From Eledone cirrhosa (lineage: Eukaryota): a DNA stretch of 64,000 bases. How positions within the stretch are numbered: position 1 is the first letter of the stretch; every line of letters starts with the position of its first letter. Below are positions 42,751 to 55,379 of this stretch, in pieces. Location: contig OZ024742.1 of NCBI GenBank assembly GCA_964016885.1, forward strand, positions 60,574,001-60,638,000. The letters run 5' to 3'. Under the pieces are notes generated by a model. It worked only from the letters and a program-made list of their open reading frames with translations, searched no databases and was not told the DNA's origin. The translations under genes and the position numbers were made by a program.

Positions 42751-43667
42751 CGGGCAGAAAGGGCCCCAAAAATGAATAAGCATAAGTTTCATTGTAATGT
42801 AGTATTCGAATGTCTGACTTAGTTTTTGTTTTTTAAGTTTTACTTTTTCCCCCCTCTTCTCTGTCCGTCCGCCTGCTTCTCTCTTCATTCTTATTTTCTT
42901 TACGTTTTGGGGGTTTCTTTTTTTGTTTTTGTTTTTCTCTGTTTGTTTTTCTCGTTTTTTGCTGTTGTTGCTGTGCTGCTTTGGTTTTGTTGTTTGTTTT
43001 TTCTTTTTTCTTTTGAGTCTATCTATATATTTTGATGCCTTCCTCTTTGTTAGTAGTAGGGATTCTATAATGTGGAAGTAGTAGCAGCCAGCAGGGAGAA
43101 GTGGGAGGCTGGCGGCGCTGGCGATACTGAGACAGTGGTGGTGGTGATGTCGATACCGAGGCAGTGGTGGCGGTGGTGCGACCGTATTACTGTAGTGATG
43201 GTGCTGTAGCGGTGGCAGCAGCAGTGAAGGAGTCAAGGGGTGGTGGCGGCGGTGATGGGATAGTGGTGGTAATGATGGCCGTAGTGAGCGGTGGCGGTGA
43301 ATGTGAAAATGCTGTTGTGTTTAGTGTACACAGATGATGGGGTGGGTGGTGTATATAGTTTCTGGTGTTGGTGAGTTTAGCTGTCCTATATAGTGTAGCC
43401 AGAGGAGAGGAGGGAGGGGGTTCTTCTTCTTCCATTTATAGCCATTTTTTTGGGGGGATATACAGTGTACAATACAAAGTTGAATATTTGAATATTTGAG
43501 CCTTATAACAATATATTTTGGGTCTGAATTTTTTGGGGCTCAAGCCGGGTGCTTTACGTAGCATTTGTACTAAGAGTTGTTATTTCACAAATGATTTAAA
43601 TATGTTAAAAATTCAAAACTTACGGGAGCGATTTCATGACCTCCGTCACCTCGTGCGTCTTCTTCCC

Positions 43668-43759
<92 letters not shown>

Positions 43760-44644
43760 AACGACAATAATAAAACTACATGTAAATACATGTAAATACA
43801 TATTACAATGGAAATAGTTTTGCTACAATGCTGTCGCAGTTTTCTTTTAGTACAAGAGAGAATCAACTAGAAAACAGTATCATCATATCACTGTCAATCA
43901 GTATATTATTATTATCATTATTAATGGTGAAACATACTTTAACCTTCCGTGTTATTTCTAAGTCTCTAAATTTCAATATGCTTAGTTAATTCATGAAATT
44001 ATCAGAAAAGCAGGGGAACAGTCGACACAAATACAACTTGTGTACATATGCTCTTCTTAAAGCGTTCACTTAATTTATAGCGGTTTTGCGCATGAAATGG
44101 GTATTATGGAGAAAGCTCTAATCTTCCTGAACTTCTTTAATAAAAACTATACATTACAGTTCAAAATCTTGGCTCTAATACAGTATGAATTAGAAAAGTA
44201 AGGAGAAAGTGAAATACACGAGTATCTATGTTTGCTTTAATGCGTACACTTATATAGAACTAGCTAGCCCATCCGGCTGGCATCCGGCTAGGTATACCGA
44301 TATTTTATCTTTTCAGGAATCCCCCCTACACTCCAGTGCAAATATACCGCACACCCTCTCAAGTCAGAGAGGGGGGAGGTTAACGTGCTCTGATGTTGGG
44401 TTTGAATAGGTTTTAGGATTCCCCAGTTCAGCAGCCAGTACGTTAAAGAAAATTGATTGTTACAACAATAAAGGTTGAACAAAGAACACTTTTTAACAAA
44501 CAATAATTTGTACAACCATAATGGAAATTCTAAGAAACAGAAAATATTTAAATTACATTGTTAGAGCCTCAGAGTATACAATATTTTTTGTTCGGCCCTC
44601 CGGAGCGAAGATGAAGAGATTGTTTGGCGAGCTAACCCTAGATC

Positions 44645-45160
44645 ATCCTACATACAAATGACCAAGGGAGAATCACTGATTTCGTAGCTCGTCTCGCGGA
44701 GAAGCTCTGTAGACGTTGACCTCTGGACATTCCTGTCAGGAGCAGGTAGGCTGTAGTGACTTAGAGGCCTACCACCAATCTCCAGGACACTGTTTTCAAG
44801 ACAAATGAGCGCCTCGTTGAAAACGACATCGTATGTTACGTTCGGATTGTGTCTGCGTGTGCGGTGGAGGAGGTCCTGTGCTAGACATTCATGGTGGTTG
44901 TTCCACATTGCGAGTGTCGGCGAAATCGCAGTTGTGCAGCATAATACCAGAAAGCTTTCGCAGCTGAGAAGGGACTTTAGCAGTTGCTGCTTCTTGCAGG
45001 GTGAGGTGCCAATGACTGTCATCGTGTAACATACCAGGCATCTGGCAAGCCAAACGGTAAGTGGAACATTGATGGCCATTGAAGGTTCTCAGATCTTGGA
45101 AAGACTGTGGTCCTCTAACCTCGAACAGTAACAATGACGATAAGCCGTCTGTGCTTTCGT
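44645..45160 (-). pseudogene. Helitron RepHel fragment from the region between Rep and the Pif1 helicase
   Basis: LLLFEVRGPQSFQDLRTFNG..STYRLACQ..GMLHDDSHW..TLQEA...PSQLR; WNNHHECLAQD...NEALICLEN...LSHYSLPAP. Confidence 0.88.
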
Positions 45161-45209
45161 GAAATAAATAGGTTTTTGTTTTTGTGTATGCAAACATATC
45201 TGTACACGA

Positions 45210-45626
45210 ATATATATATTAAAATAACATATTAAAGTTTAAGCAAAGAATCGCTGCTTTCACCCTTAACGCGATCTTCTGAAACTAAAATATCAGTCTG
45301 TGAACGCAGAAGTAAATATTTCGAAAAACGTTATCTAATGAAGACAGCCAGACATATTGACTAAGAAAAAGGGGAATGTTGTGCGACGTCCTATGAAAAA
45401 GTGAGGAATGAGGTATAACCGGAAGTGTTGACATTTGAAAAGTTTAAAGAAGTTAATATTTAAATAATGTCTTTAAACTTTTAACAAAATTCAGTAGACT
45501 AAAATACCCTCACTCTTTTAGTTGGAACAAGTTACATCTATGGTGCAAATTTGGTGCCGTTTGGTCCAGCCGCTTGGTGGAAACTTTGTTATTTACATAC
45601 GGCCATCAGCTTTATGGTATAGATTA
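45210..45626 (+). mobile_element. Probable non-autonomous Helitron-like repeat; its 5' part recurs at 2527-2567 and 12055-12140
   Basis: Shared ATTAAAGTTTAAGCAAAGAATCGCTGCT; 3' end AAATTTGGTGCCGTTTGGTCCAGCCG...CAGCTTTATGGTATAGAT. Confidence 0.45.
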
Positions 45627-45752
45627 TAACAGAAAGAAAATGTAGATCTACATAGCCTGGTATGGAATCTAAGATTATAAATTGGTGTAGGGTTTGTAAT
45701 ACATCTTTCGTTTTTTACCTTATAGATTGTAGATTGTTCTATATATATATAT

Positions 45753-46122
45753 ACATGAGTGAAAATAGACCGAGAAACAGGAATCTCCATCATTAGTAGT
45801 CTGCTGAGTATCATTGGTATTTCTTCGCATTAAAGACTAGATACCTAAAATCAGTGCGAGCGATAACTAAATAAAGTTATCGGGACAGACCAAATTGGAA
45901 GGGGAAAGTGAACAAACAACATGGTAGTAATGCAACGTAAGGAGAGTAAAGGATAACTTTATTTAGTAACGAACTCGCACGGATTTTAGGTATCTAGTCT
46001 TTAATGCGAAGAAATACCAATGATAATCAGCAGACTACTGATGATGGAGATTCCTGTTTCTCGGTCTATTTTCACTCATATGTTCACCTTCGCAACAACG
46101 CAGCACGCCATATTTTCATTCA
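45753..46122 (+). mobile_element. Family B' fold-back element, a diverged relative of family B
   Basis: 45753-45880 is inverted at 45952-46080; (TA)n flanks. Confidence 0.85.
45975..46045 (+). ncRNA. Candidate non-circularly permuted hammerhead, family B'
   Basis: TCGCA CGGATT TTA GGTA TC TAGTCT TTAATGCGAA GAAA TACC AATGAT AATCAG C AGACTA CTGATGA T; the other arm has CTGATT in place of CGGATT. Confidence 0.7.
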
Positions 46123-46802
46123 TATATATATATATATATATAAGAGGGTGTTAAAGTTTGCTTGAAGCATTGTGAAATGTGTAAAATATGTAGTATAGAA
46201 AGCCACAACAATGCAGATGGGAAATCTCGAGGTAGGAAGTGAGTGAGAAATAGGAGAAGAGTGAAAATTGAGAGAAACGAAAATGAAAACAAAACAGAGG
46301 TAGAAGGGTTACCGTAGTGGAGTTATATCCCAATATTTCGGGCTCACGCCCATCAACGGGGGGAAAGTTCCAAAAGGGGGGGAAATAGGCTAAGCCGGAG
46401 AAAGTTGTATTGTCGTTAAAACATAGGAATGCCGTTATGGGGAAAATTCAAATCAGGGAAAGAATGCGCGTGCGCGTGATAAGCTGTGGCAAAAGCTACT
46501 GACCAATTGGGTTAAATCAATAGGGTGCGCTAGCGTGTGAAAGCCTTAAAATATGTGTGTGTAAATATATATGTGTGTGTAACTGTGTGTGTATATGTGT
46601 ATGTGTGTATGTATGTGAGTGTGTGTGTGTGAAAGATAGTGGGCCGTAGAAGTTGGAAATCAAAGGGTGTGAAAGGTGGTAGGTTGTATAAACATGTGTG
46701 CGTGTATAAATATAGATGTGTGTGTGTATGTGTATGGGTATACATATAAGTGCGTGTGTGTAAAAGATAGTAGGCCGTAGGGGCTGTTACTGGTCACTAT
46801 GG

Positions 46803-49448
46803 TTAAATTAGCCATGTCAGCTCATTTCTCTCAGCCCGGTTGTTAAGTGGGGGTCTGAGGTTCTTAATAACAAGTGCTTCCTTTATCCTTACGGATCCGA
46901 TGCTGCGTTCAGTCGCTAGGACTGTGACCAAGGGTCTGCCCTGTGGGTTTCCGCATTTAAGGATGTGTTTACGGAAGGAAGATGGGTTGGTGTTGACATG
47001 TTCCTTGATACGAACATGTAGGGGTCGGATGGTGCTACCTATGTAAAACTTGTTACATTTATCGCATTGAATCTTATATACGACATAGGTGCGTAGGCAA
47101 TCTGCCCCCCGTATCGGGCAGTTGCTGAGGGAACACGTCCCATCTGACTCGTCGGGTTTGTTGGAGAGGCATCTTCGGAGCGAAGGTCCTGTGTGGGCCA
47201 AATGTATGTCAAGTCCCTCCCTCCTTATGGCCCTGCGGATGGCGTTCGTGGTATATTCACTCAGGTGGGGGATTTTAAAGAAGCACCTGCTTTTATCTAA
47301 GTTTCTAGTGGGTGTCTGTCTATTGGGTCTGGGGTCTCTAATTCCCTTAATCAGTCGCTTGGGATATCCATTAGACTTGAGTAGATTACGGAATTGCGTG
47401 GTATGGGTGAGACCACCCATCGGGTCGCTGCATCTGTTAGTGATCCGTGTAAGTTCAATTAGGACATAGCCTCTCTTAGCGTTGTTGGGGAGGGCTGAGT
47501 TGTAATGCACAAATAAGTCCTTGCACGCTGCCTTGCGGTAGAAGGTGGTGTTTATGTCTCCTTCTTCCGAGATGTTGATACGGAAGTCGAGGAGGGCGAG
47601 TGACCCGTCTTCTCCAGGATGTTCGATGGTGAAATCGACGTGATGGTCAGTGTCGTTGAAGATTTGGAGAATTTCATTCGCCATCTCCCGGGAAGAAGTG
47701 AGTATCAGTATGTCATCGACGTATCTGGAGTAGAAGGCGACGGCGTTGGGTTGGCAGGTGTTGAGTGCCTTGCGTTCCAGGTGGTCCATGTACGAGATCG
47801 CAAGTATGCCGGACAGACTAGAGCCCATAGGTAGCCCAGAGATCTGTTTGTACGTGCGGCCGAGGAAATTGAAGAATGCATTATCCACAACGAAGGAGAG
47901 GAGTTGGTGGATGTCCGTGTGTGTAAGTCCGAAGCAGTGTAAGTTAGATGCTCGGCCTCGTTCGGTCAACAGGTCGACGGCTTGGGATGCTGGTACGGAG
48001 GTATAAAGGGCGACCACATCAAGACTGAAGGCATATCCCTTGTCCTTTCTGGTGTTGGGCGCCAGATGGTGTAGTCGCTCCAAGACCTCCTTTGAGCTGC
48101 AGACGTGGGCTGGTAGTGTGTGTAGAATGGGTTTCAGTGGTGTGGAGAGAAGCCACGATATTTTGTAAAGTGGGCCCTCCACGCTAGAGACAATGGGCCT
48201 GATTTTCAAATCGGGTCCTTCTTTATGGGTTTTCACCAGGTGGTAGAAGGTGGGTAGTTTGCTGTTTCGAGTCATTATGTTGTTTTTTACCTTCTTTGGC
48301 TGTTTTCGTTGGACACAGATGTTAGTCCATATGGTGTTAATGCCTTCCTCGATTAGAGTCGAGGAGGTCCCTGTGACTTTCAAGTAGAGGCTGTCGTCAT
48401 TAAGATGTTGGAGAGCTAAGTTGTTGTAGGTCTCTCTCGAGATGACACAGAATTCTTTCCCCTTGTCAGAGGGAAGGTAAACAAGGTTCCTGGATCTTAG
48501 GTTGGTGAGAGTATTAAATTGTGCATTGGTGAGGTTGCGTTTATTGTGTGTGTGTGTGTGTGTGTGTTGGGAAAGGATGTTAGAGATAGAATGTTTCAAC
48601 CTGAGTAGTTTAGTGTCAAGTTCGTGGTTGGTGGGTGGGGGGTGAAGTGGGTTGTCGAGGTGGTACGTGGGGAGTGTGGGGTGGGTTGTGGGGTTGTAAT
48701 CGATCTCGGTGTTGTTTTGGATGCCGGTTAGCCATTTCAATTGATACGCTGTCCGACAGATGTTGGTTTCGATGTCGAGTTTCAGTCTATCATCGAGACG
48801 CTGTGTAATGATGAACTTGGGTCTGAGGCGCAGGAGTTCGAGTTCGTCGTTGGTGAAGGTACCGGTTAGGTCGGTAACGAGGTGTGAAGCATCGTTGGTG
48901 GGTAGATCGCTGTTGGGGGGTGTAGCGGAGGGTGGTGTATCGCTGTTGCCCCTGGTGTGGTTGTAGTCGGTCCGTCTGTGGGAGCGGATGTTGTCATTCT
49001 AGTATTTGTTTACAGTCCATTCGTATTTCCGTATAAGGCGCTGTTTATCGTATTTGACTCTGGTGTGGTAACAATGATCGATAGCTTCGCGTATTTTCTG
49101 GACCTGGTGGTCAGGGGAGAGGGTTGGAGCTATACGATCTATGTGCTCGGAGAGCGTTTGTATATGGAGTCGCAGTTGATGGTGGTTATGTCGTAGTATT
49201 TTCTTGATAAACGTGCGTCGAATGTGGCGGATGGTGTTTTCGAAGGATTGTAATCGTAAACATTCGGGTAAATGTATATTCCTGATGGTGGTTGGAATGA
49301 TGTTGTTCTTTAGGCAGCCTTTTAAGAAGGTAATTTGGCAACCGAGTTTGGCACGATTCTCCGATAGTCTGAATAGGTCCCTTATGGGTGTAAACAAGTC
49401 CTGGCTCAGGTGAAATGATAAGAGGGTGTTAAAGTTTGCTTGAAGCAT
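46803..49448 (-). pseudogene. PLE RT-GIY-YIG ORF, 881 codons with a single in-frame TAG at 48999-49001
   Basis: Manual translation is open from 48998 to 46803; LLRLRPKF, PSDKG, LVKTHK, IRPIVS, SLDVVALYTSV, GLPMGSSLS, RYVDD, VVYKIQCDKCNKFYIGST..LHVRIKEH. Confidence 0.93.
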
Positions 49449-49606
49449 TGTAAAATGTGTAAAATATGTAGTTTAGAAAGCCACAACAATGCAGATGGGA
49501 AATCTCGAGGTAGGAAGTGAGTGAGAAATAGGAGAAGGGTGAAAATTGAGAGAAACGAAAATGAAAATAAAACAAAGGTAGAAGGGTTGCCGTAGTGGAG
49601 ATTTAA

Positions 49607-49642
49607 TCCCAATATTTCGGGCTCACGCCCATCAACGGGGGA
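49607..49642 (-). ncRNA. Variant minimal hammerhead, family D; also 46328-46364 (-) and 51130-51165 (+)
   Basis: TCCC CCGTTGA T GGGC gtga GCCC GAAA TA TT GGGA. Confidence 0.65.
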
Positions 49643-49995
49643 AAGTTCCAAAAGGGGGGTAACAGGCTAAGCCGGAGAAAGTTGTATTGTCGTTAAAACA
49701 TAGGAATGCCGTTATGGGGAAAATTCAAACCAGGGAAAGAATGCGCGTGCCCGTGATAGGCTGTGGCAAAAGCTACTGACCAATTGGGTTAAATCAATAG
49801 GGTGCGCTAGTGTGTGAAAGCCGTAAAATATGTGTGTGAAAATATATATGTGTGTGTAACTGTGTGTGTATATGTGTATGTGTGTATGTATGTGAGTGTG
49901 TGTGTGTGAAAGATAGTGGGCCGTAGAAGTTGGAAATCAAAGGGTGTGAAAGGTGGTAGGTTGTATAAACATGTGTGCGTGTATAAATATAGATT

Positions 49996-50693
49996 TGTCA
50001 ACCCTCCCCAACAACGCTAAGAGAGGCTATGTCCTAAATGAACTTACACGGATCACTAATAGATGCAGCGACCCGATGGGTGGTCTCACCCATACCACGC
50101 AATTCCGTAATCTACTCAAGTCTAATGGATATCCCAAGCGACTGATTAACGGAATTAGAGACCCCAGACCCAATAGACAGACACCCACTAGAAACTTAGA
50201 TAAAAGCAGGTGCTTCTTTAAAATCCCCCACCTGAGTGAATATACCACGAACGCCATCCGCAGGGCCATAAGGAGGGAGGGACTTGACATACATTTGGCC
50301 CACACAGGACCTTCGCTCCGAAGATGCCTCTCCAACAAACCCGACGAGTCAGATGGGACGTGTTCCCTCAGCAACTGCCCGATACGGGGGGCAGATTGCC
50401 TACGCACCTATGTCGTATATAAGATTCAATGCGATAAATGTAACAAGTTTTACATAGGTAGCACCATCCGACCCCTACATGTTCGTATCAAGGAACATGT
50501 CAACACCAACCCATCTTCCTTCCGTAAACACATCCTTAAATGCGGAAACCCACAGGGCAGACCCTTGGTCACAGTCCTAGCGACTGAACGCAGCATCGGA
50601 TCCGTAAGGATAAAGGAAGCACTTGTTATTAAGAACCTCAGACCCCCACTTAACAACCGGGCTGAGAGAAATGAGCTGACATGGCTAATTTAA
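49996..50693 (+). pseudogene. Inverted copy of the family D thumb and GIY-YIG region
   Basis: Near-identical to the C-terminal 230 aa or so of 46803-49448. Confidence 0.93.
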
Positions 50694-51400
50694 CCATAGT
50701 GACCAGTAACAGCCCCTACGGCCTACTATCTTTCACATACACGCACTTATATGTATACCCATACACATATACACACATCTATATTTATACACGCACACAT
50801 GTTTATACAACCTACCACCTTTCACACCCTTTGATTTCCAACTTCTACGGCCACTATCTTTCACACACACACACACTCACACACATACAAACATACACAT
50901 ATACACACACAGTTACACACACATATCTATTTACACACACATATTTTACGGCTTTCACACGCTAGCGCACCCTATTGATTTAACCCAATTGGTCAGTAGC
51001 TTTTGCCATAGCCTATCACGCGCACGCGCATTCTTTCCTTGGTTTGAATTTTCCCCATAACGGCATTCCTATTTTTTAACGACAATACTACTTTCTCCGG
51101 CTTAGCCTGTTCCCGCCCTTTTGGAACTTTCCCCCGCTGATGGGCGTGAGTCCGAAATATTGGGATTAAATCTCCACTACGGTAACCCATCTACCTTTGT
51201 TTTGTTTTCATTTTCGTTTCTCTCAATTTTCACTCTTTTCCTATTTCTCACTCACTTCCTACCTCGAGATTTCCCATCTGCATTGTTGTGGCTTTCTAAA
51301 CTACATATTTTATATATATATATATATAAAGAAAAAGAGATGAAATCGAAAATGCAACTGGAATCTTATTTCTTTTTTAAATATTAATATTTATTTGGTT

Positions 51401-51438
51401 CCTTTACCGGTTTCGCAGTTCTTCTGCTTTTCAAAAGG
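51401..51438 (-). ncRNA. Minimal hammerhead with a U3-A8 core, family E; also 56238-56275 (+)
   Basis: CCTT TTGAAAA GCAG aagaa CTGC GAAA CCGG TA AAGG. Confidence 0.8.
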
Positions 51439-52399
51439 TGAGTGGAGATGGAGGGTCTGCGGTTTTTCTCACATCTGGTTGGTCTCTGAATGTTACTTGT
51501 TTTATATGGAAAAAGTGGCTCGAAATGCCAGGTTTTTCGAGAAGTAATTTGATTGGTTTGTCAATAATTATAATAAATTTCGCGCCAGTTCGCGTTACAA
51601 TAGTTCTTCAAATAAGAGGGGAGGTTGTCACAGGTTGTTTTTTTCATATATGAGTGTTTGAATTTCTTTTTACTTGAAAAAAGGGGCTCGCGAAGGCTTT
51701 TTTGGGGTTGGTTGTAAATGAAATTATGGCTGTCACGTGAACAAATTTTCATTACATATTTGTGCCCTTATTTGGAAATCCACTCTGTAGGCTTTTTAGA
51801 GAATTTTATGATAAGTGAAAGATAATGGTCAAGAGAAAGGGATGGGAGAATTGTTCTGGTTCAGTGAATATGGTTAGTTCCCTGGGGTGTCAGAATTCAG
51901 ATTTTCTATTGAATAAAGAAAGTAAAGATATGTATGTTTATTTGTGTGCTTGTGTGTGTGTGCATGTGTGTGTGTGTGTGTTGTGTGTGTGTGTTTGAAT
52001 TTCTTTACTTTAAAAAAAGGTGGCTCACGAAGGCTTTTTTTAATAAACGTGATTTGATTGGTTATAAATGAAATACTATAACCCTACTAACAAAAACCAA
52101 AGATCCCCGAACACAAGGCAGGACCTGATCCGCAGATCACAACCCACACAAAACCTATTCCAAACCGTAGACCCCTGCCCACACAGAGCCTGTTCCAAAA
52201 CCGTAGATCCAAACCCACTCAAAGGAACAAAATCTACAACCCGGACTATCAACAAACCGAACCTCAATACGTCCGAAACATCTATACAAGACCACACAGC
52301 AACAGGGGAAATACCATTAGATATAATAATACCATTGAAAAAACATTCCAGAAAAATCATTTTTTAGACCAAGGCTACAGGACTCACGACACCCGGTGA

Positions 52400-54832
52400 C
52401 ACAAACCGATTTTGAAAAACCGAAAATAATTAACCTTTCAAATACAAACCTCTCAGCCCAACAAGTAAAAATTCTCTCCAAAGGACTGAAATTCACACCA
52501 ACACCACAATACTCTAACCCAATGAGATAAATGACGATATCTCACACTTCTGTAGAAAATTACGTCTCACAGAGGAATTCTTTGACAAGGAGAATAACGA
52601 CGAATCAATTGTACGGAATAAAAGCAGCTACAACCCAACAAAAGGTAGAAACAGAGTTCTGGACAAATTTTGTGACGACATAGCTACCTTCCCATACCAT
52701 GAACTACCGCAACCTAAACCCAAACCCAACACGAGTCGAAGGGAATGGGAGATTATCCATGAACTAAAAAACAATACGGATATTATAATTATGGAAGCGG
52801 ACAAGGGAAGTACTGTTGTCATTATGGAGGCTGAAAAATATAAAAATTCTATGTTCTCTCTCTTACAAAATACTAATTACTATGAAAGAGTAAAACACTA
52901 CCAGCAATCAAAAATAATGACCAGATTAAACACACTGATTTGTCGATACCAGGCAGACCTAACTAAAAAGGAACGCGATTATTTAACAAATTTTGAATAC
53001 AAAACCAACAACCTTTACGGACTTCCGAACATCCACAAATGTAAAATAATCAACGATGCCTGTAAACAATCCACCTCAGCCTGCGTGAATACACAATACC
53101 CCACAGACATTAAATTAAGACCAATTGTAGCGGGCCCACAATGTGAAACACACAGACTAAGCAACTTTATAGACATACTACTGAAACCAATTCTGAAACA
53201 CATACCAAGCCTTGTAAGAGACGATCTGGACCTCTTAAACCACCTCCCCAAACATGTCAACAACGACACTATTATTGTGTCTTTCGATGTAGTGAATCTC
53301 TACACAACGATCCCACACCAATACGGACTAGAAGCAATAGGATTCTGGCTAGAGAAATATCCCAATGAGATACCTGACAGAATAGAAAAAAGCTTCATCA
53401 CCGAGGAATTAAAATTCATCTTACAGAACAACTTTTTTGATTTCGATGGCAATACTTACAAGCAAATATCGGGGACTGCGATGGGTACAAAAGCCGCTCC
53501 AATTTATGCCAACTTAGTCATGGCATACTTAGAAGTCCAGATATATGAACAGTCCAAATCAAAATACGGATTGAACTTCCACAAATATTTATCAGAGAAT
53601 TGGAAACGCTACTTGGATGATTGCCTCATTCTTTGGTCCCACACACTCGACCAACTGAAGGATTTCAAAAACTTAATAAACGGCATCAATAACCACATCC
53701 AATTCACAATGGAATACAGCCAAGATCAACTCCCATTTCTGGACATCTTAATCTTAAAAAAAGACATAAATATCGAAACTGACATACACTACAGACCAAC
53801 AGATTCCAAACAATATCTGCTATTCACCTCCAACGATCCAAATCACACGAAAACGAACATTCCTTTTAACCTAGCAAGAAGAATTTGCACAATTGTCTCC
53901 AATTATGAAACGCGAAATAAAAGACTTCAAGAATTAAAGGAAATTCTACTCGAGAGAGAGTACCCACTATTACTAATAAATAATTGTTTCTACTTTAGAC
54001 ACAAGGCCAGCAATTACCCAGTGCATTACTGGTACTTTATTTTATCGACCCCGTAAGGATGAAAGGCAAAGTCAACCTCGGCGGGATTTGAACTCAGAAC
54101 GTAAAGGGACGTAACTATGCTGGAAAGCATGGCGTCCGACCCTGTACTGTTACTGCCAATCCACAGAAAGGGCTAAAGCAATAGACATTGATGAATTACG
54201 GAAACAGAAACAAATTTAAGGTACGTCCAATATTCTATCATATATCTCAACACACAACCCAAGAAATGCGGAAGCTTACAACACTATTCACAACAACATC
54301 CCACCACTAAAACAAAACCCAAGAATGAAAAAAGCCCTTGAAACACACAAAATAATCAAAAGCAAAAGACAACCATAATCACTGAAAACATTACTCACCA
54401 ATGCCAAATTACCTACCACAAACCCACAACCAAGTATCAAAAAATATGTCGCTCTAATTGTGGAACCTGCACTCACCCCATTGAAGGCAGCACGTATACA
54501 TTTAAATCAGGACAAAATTTTACTGTAAAAAATCACTTCACTTGCTCATCAAAAAATCTACTTTATGCCATTAAATGTAAAGGATGCAATGAAGATTATA
54601 TAGGACAAACTAAACTCACACTCAGAAACAGAATGACAGTTCATCGCCAACAATTACGAGATCCAACCACGAGACACTAAGTGCACATCTAAACATTTGC
54701 GCAAGTAATAAGACACCCAAATTCCAAGTCTTCCCATTTTACCTTTGCGCTAACAATACAACAGAACAAATACGAATAAATAAGGAAAATATGTTTATTC
54801 AAAAATATAGACCAGCATTAAATATGGTTTAA
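52400..54832 (+). pseudogene. PLE RT-GIY-YIG, disrupted by frameshifts and a SINE
   Basis: LSKGLKFTPTP, ADKG, LRPIV, SFDVVNLYTTI, GTAMGTKAAP, RYLDD; CGTC...FTCSSKNLLYAIKCKGCNEDYIGQT..LRNRMTVH. Confidence 0.92.
53981..54163 (-). mobile_element. SINE inserted into the family E ORF
   Basis: Closely matches 36853-37026; interrupts the ORF between YPLLLIN and ERAKAI. Confidence 0.9.
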
Positions 54833-55307
54833 TATACATTATGTCAACACCATAATATGACATACACACAAACACATAACACCTTCTACTTTAGAAAATA
54901 AAAACCCGAACTAAATAAACCTTAACATACGTTTGCACTGACAATACAACAGAACAAATACGAATAAGTAAGGAAAATATGTTCATTCAAAAATATTCCT
55001 ACTAAAGGAATCATTTTCCTACACACACAGACACACACAATATATATATATATATATATATTCTCTTCATCTTAACATGCTAACCATACTCCCACACACA
55101 TAACACCCATACACACACATAACAACCCCCACACCCACAACTACCTCCCCCATTTCTACTAATAGAACCACTTTCCTACACACATATATACACACACACA
55201 AAATATGTATTCTCTCCATCTTAACATACTCGCACACACACACATAACACCCATATACACACACACACAACACCCTCCCCCATTTCTACTAATAGAATCA
55301 TCTTCCA

Positions 55308-55379
<72 letters not shown>

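Larger units (their letters stand above)
46142..51311 (-). mobile_element. Near-intact PLE (family D): direct pLTRs at 46142-46715 and 49420-49995, plus an inverted truncated copy at 49996-51311
   Basis: Typical PLE tandem-plus-inverted layout; the 3' pLTR ends with the first 10 codons of the ORF; (TA)n at both ends. Confidence 0.95.

Noticed and set aside
42658-43435. 192-aa and 82-aa Pro/His/Lys-rich ORFs
   Set aside because: Low-complexity sequence with no domain or splice evidence
48999-49001. Programmed readthrough or selenocysteine recoding at the single stops in family D and R4/Dong (39569)
   Set aside because: Both stops are TAG rather than TGA, with no known readthrough context; point mutation is the simpler explanation
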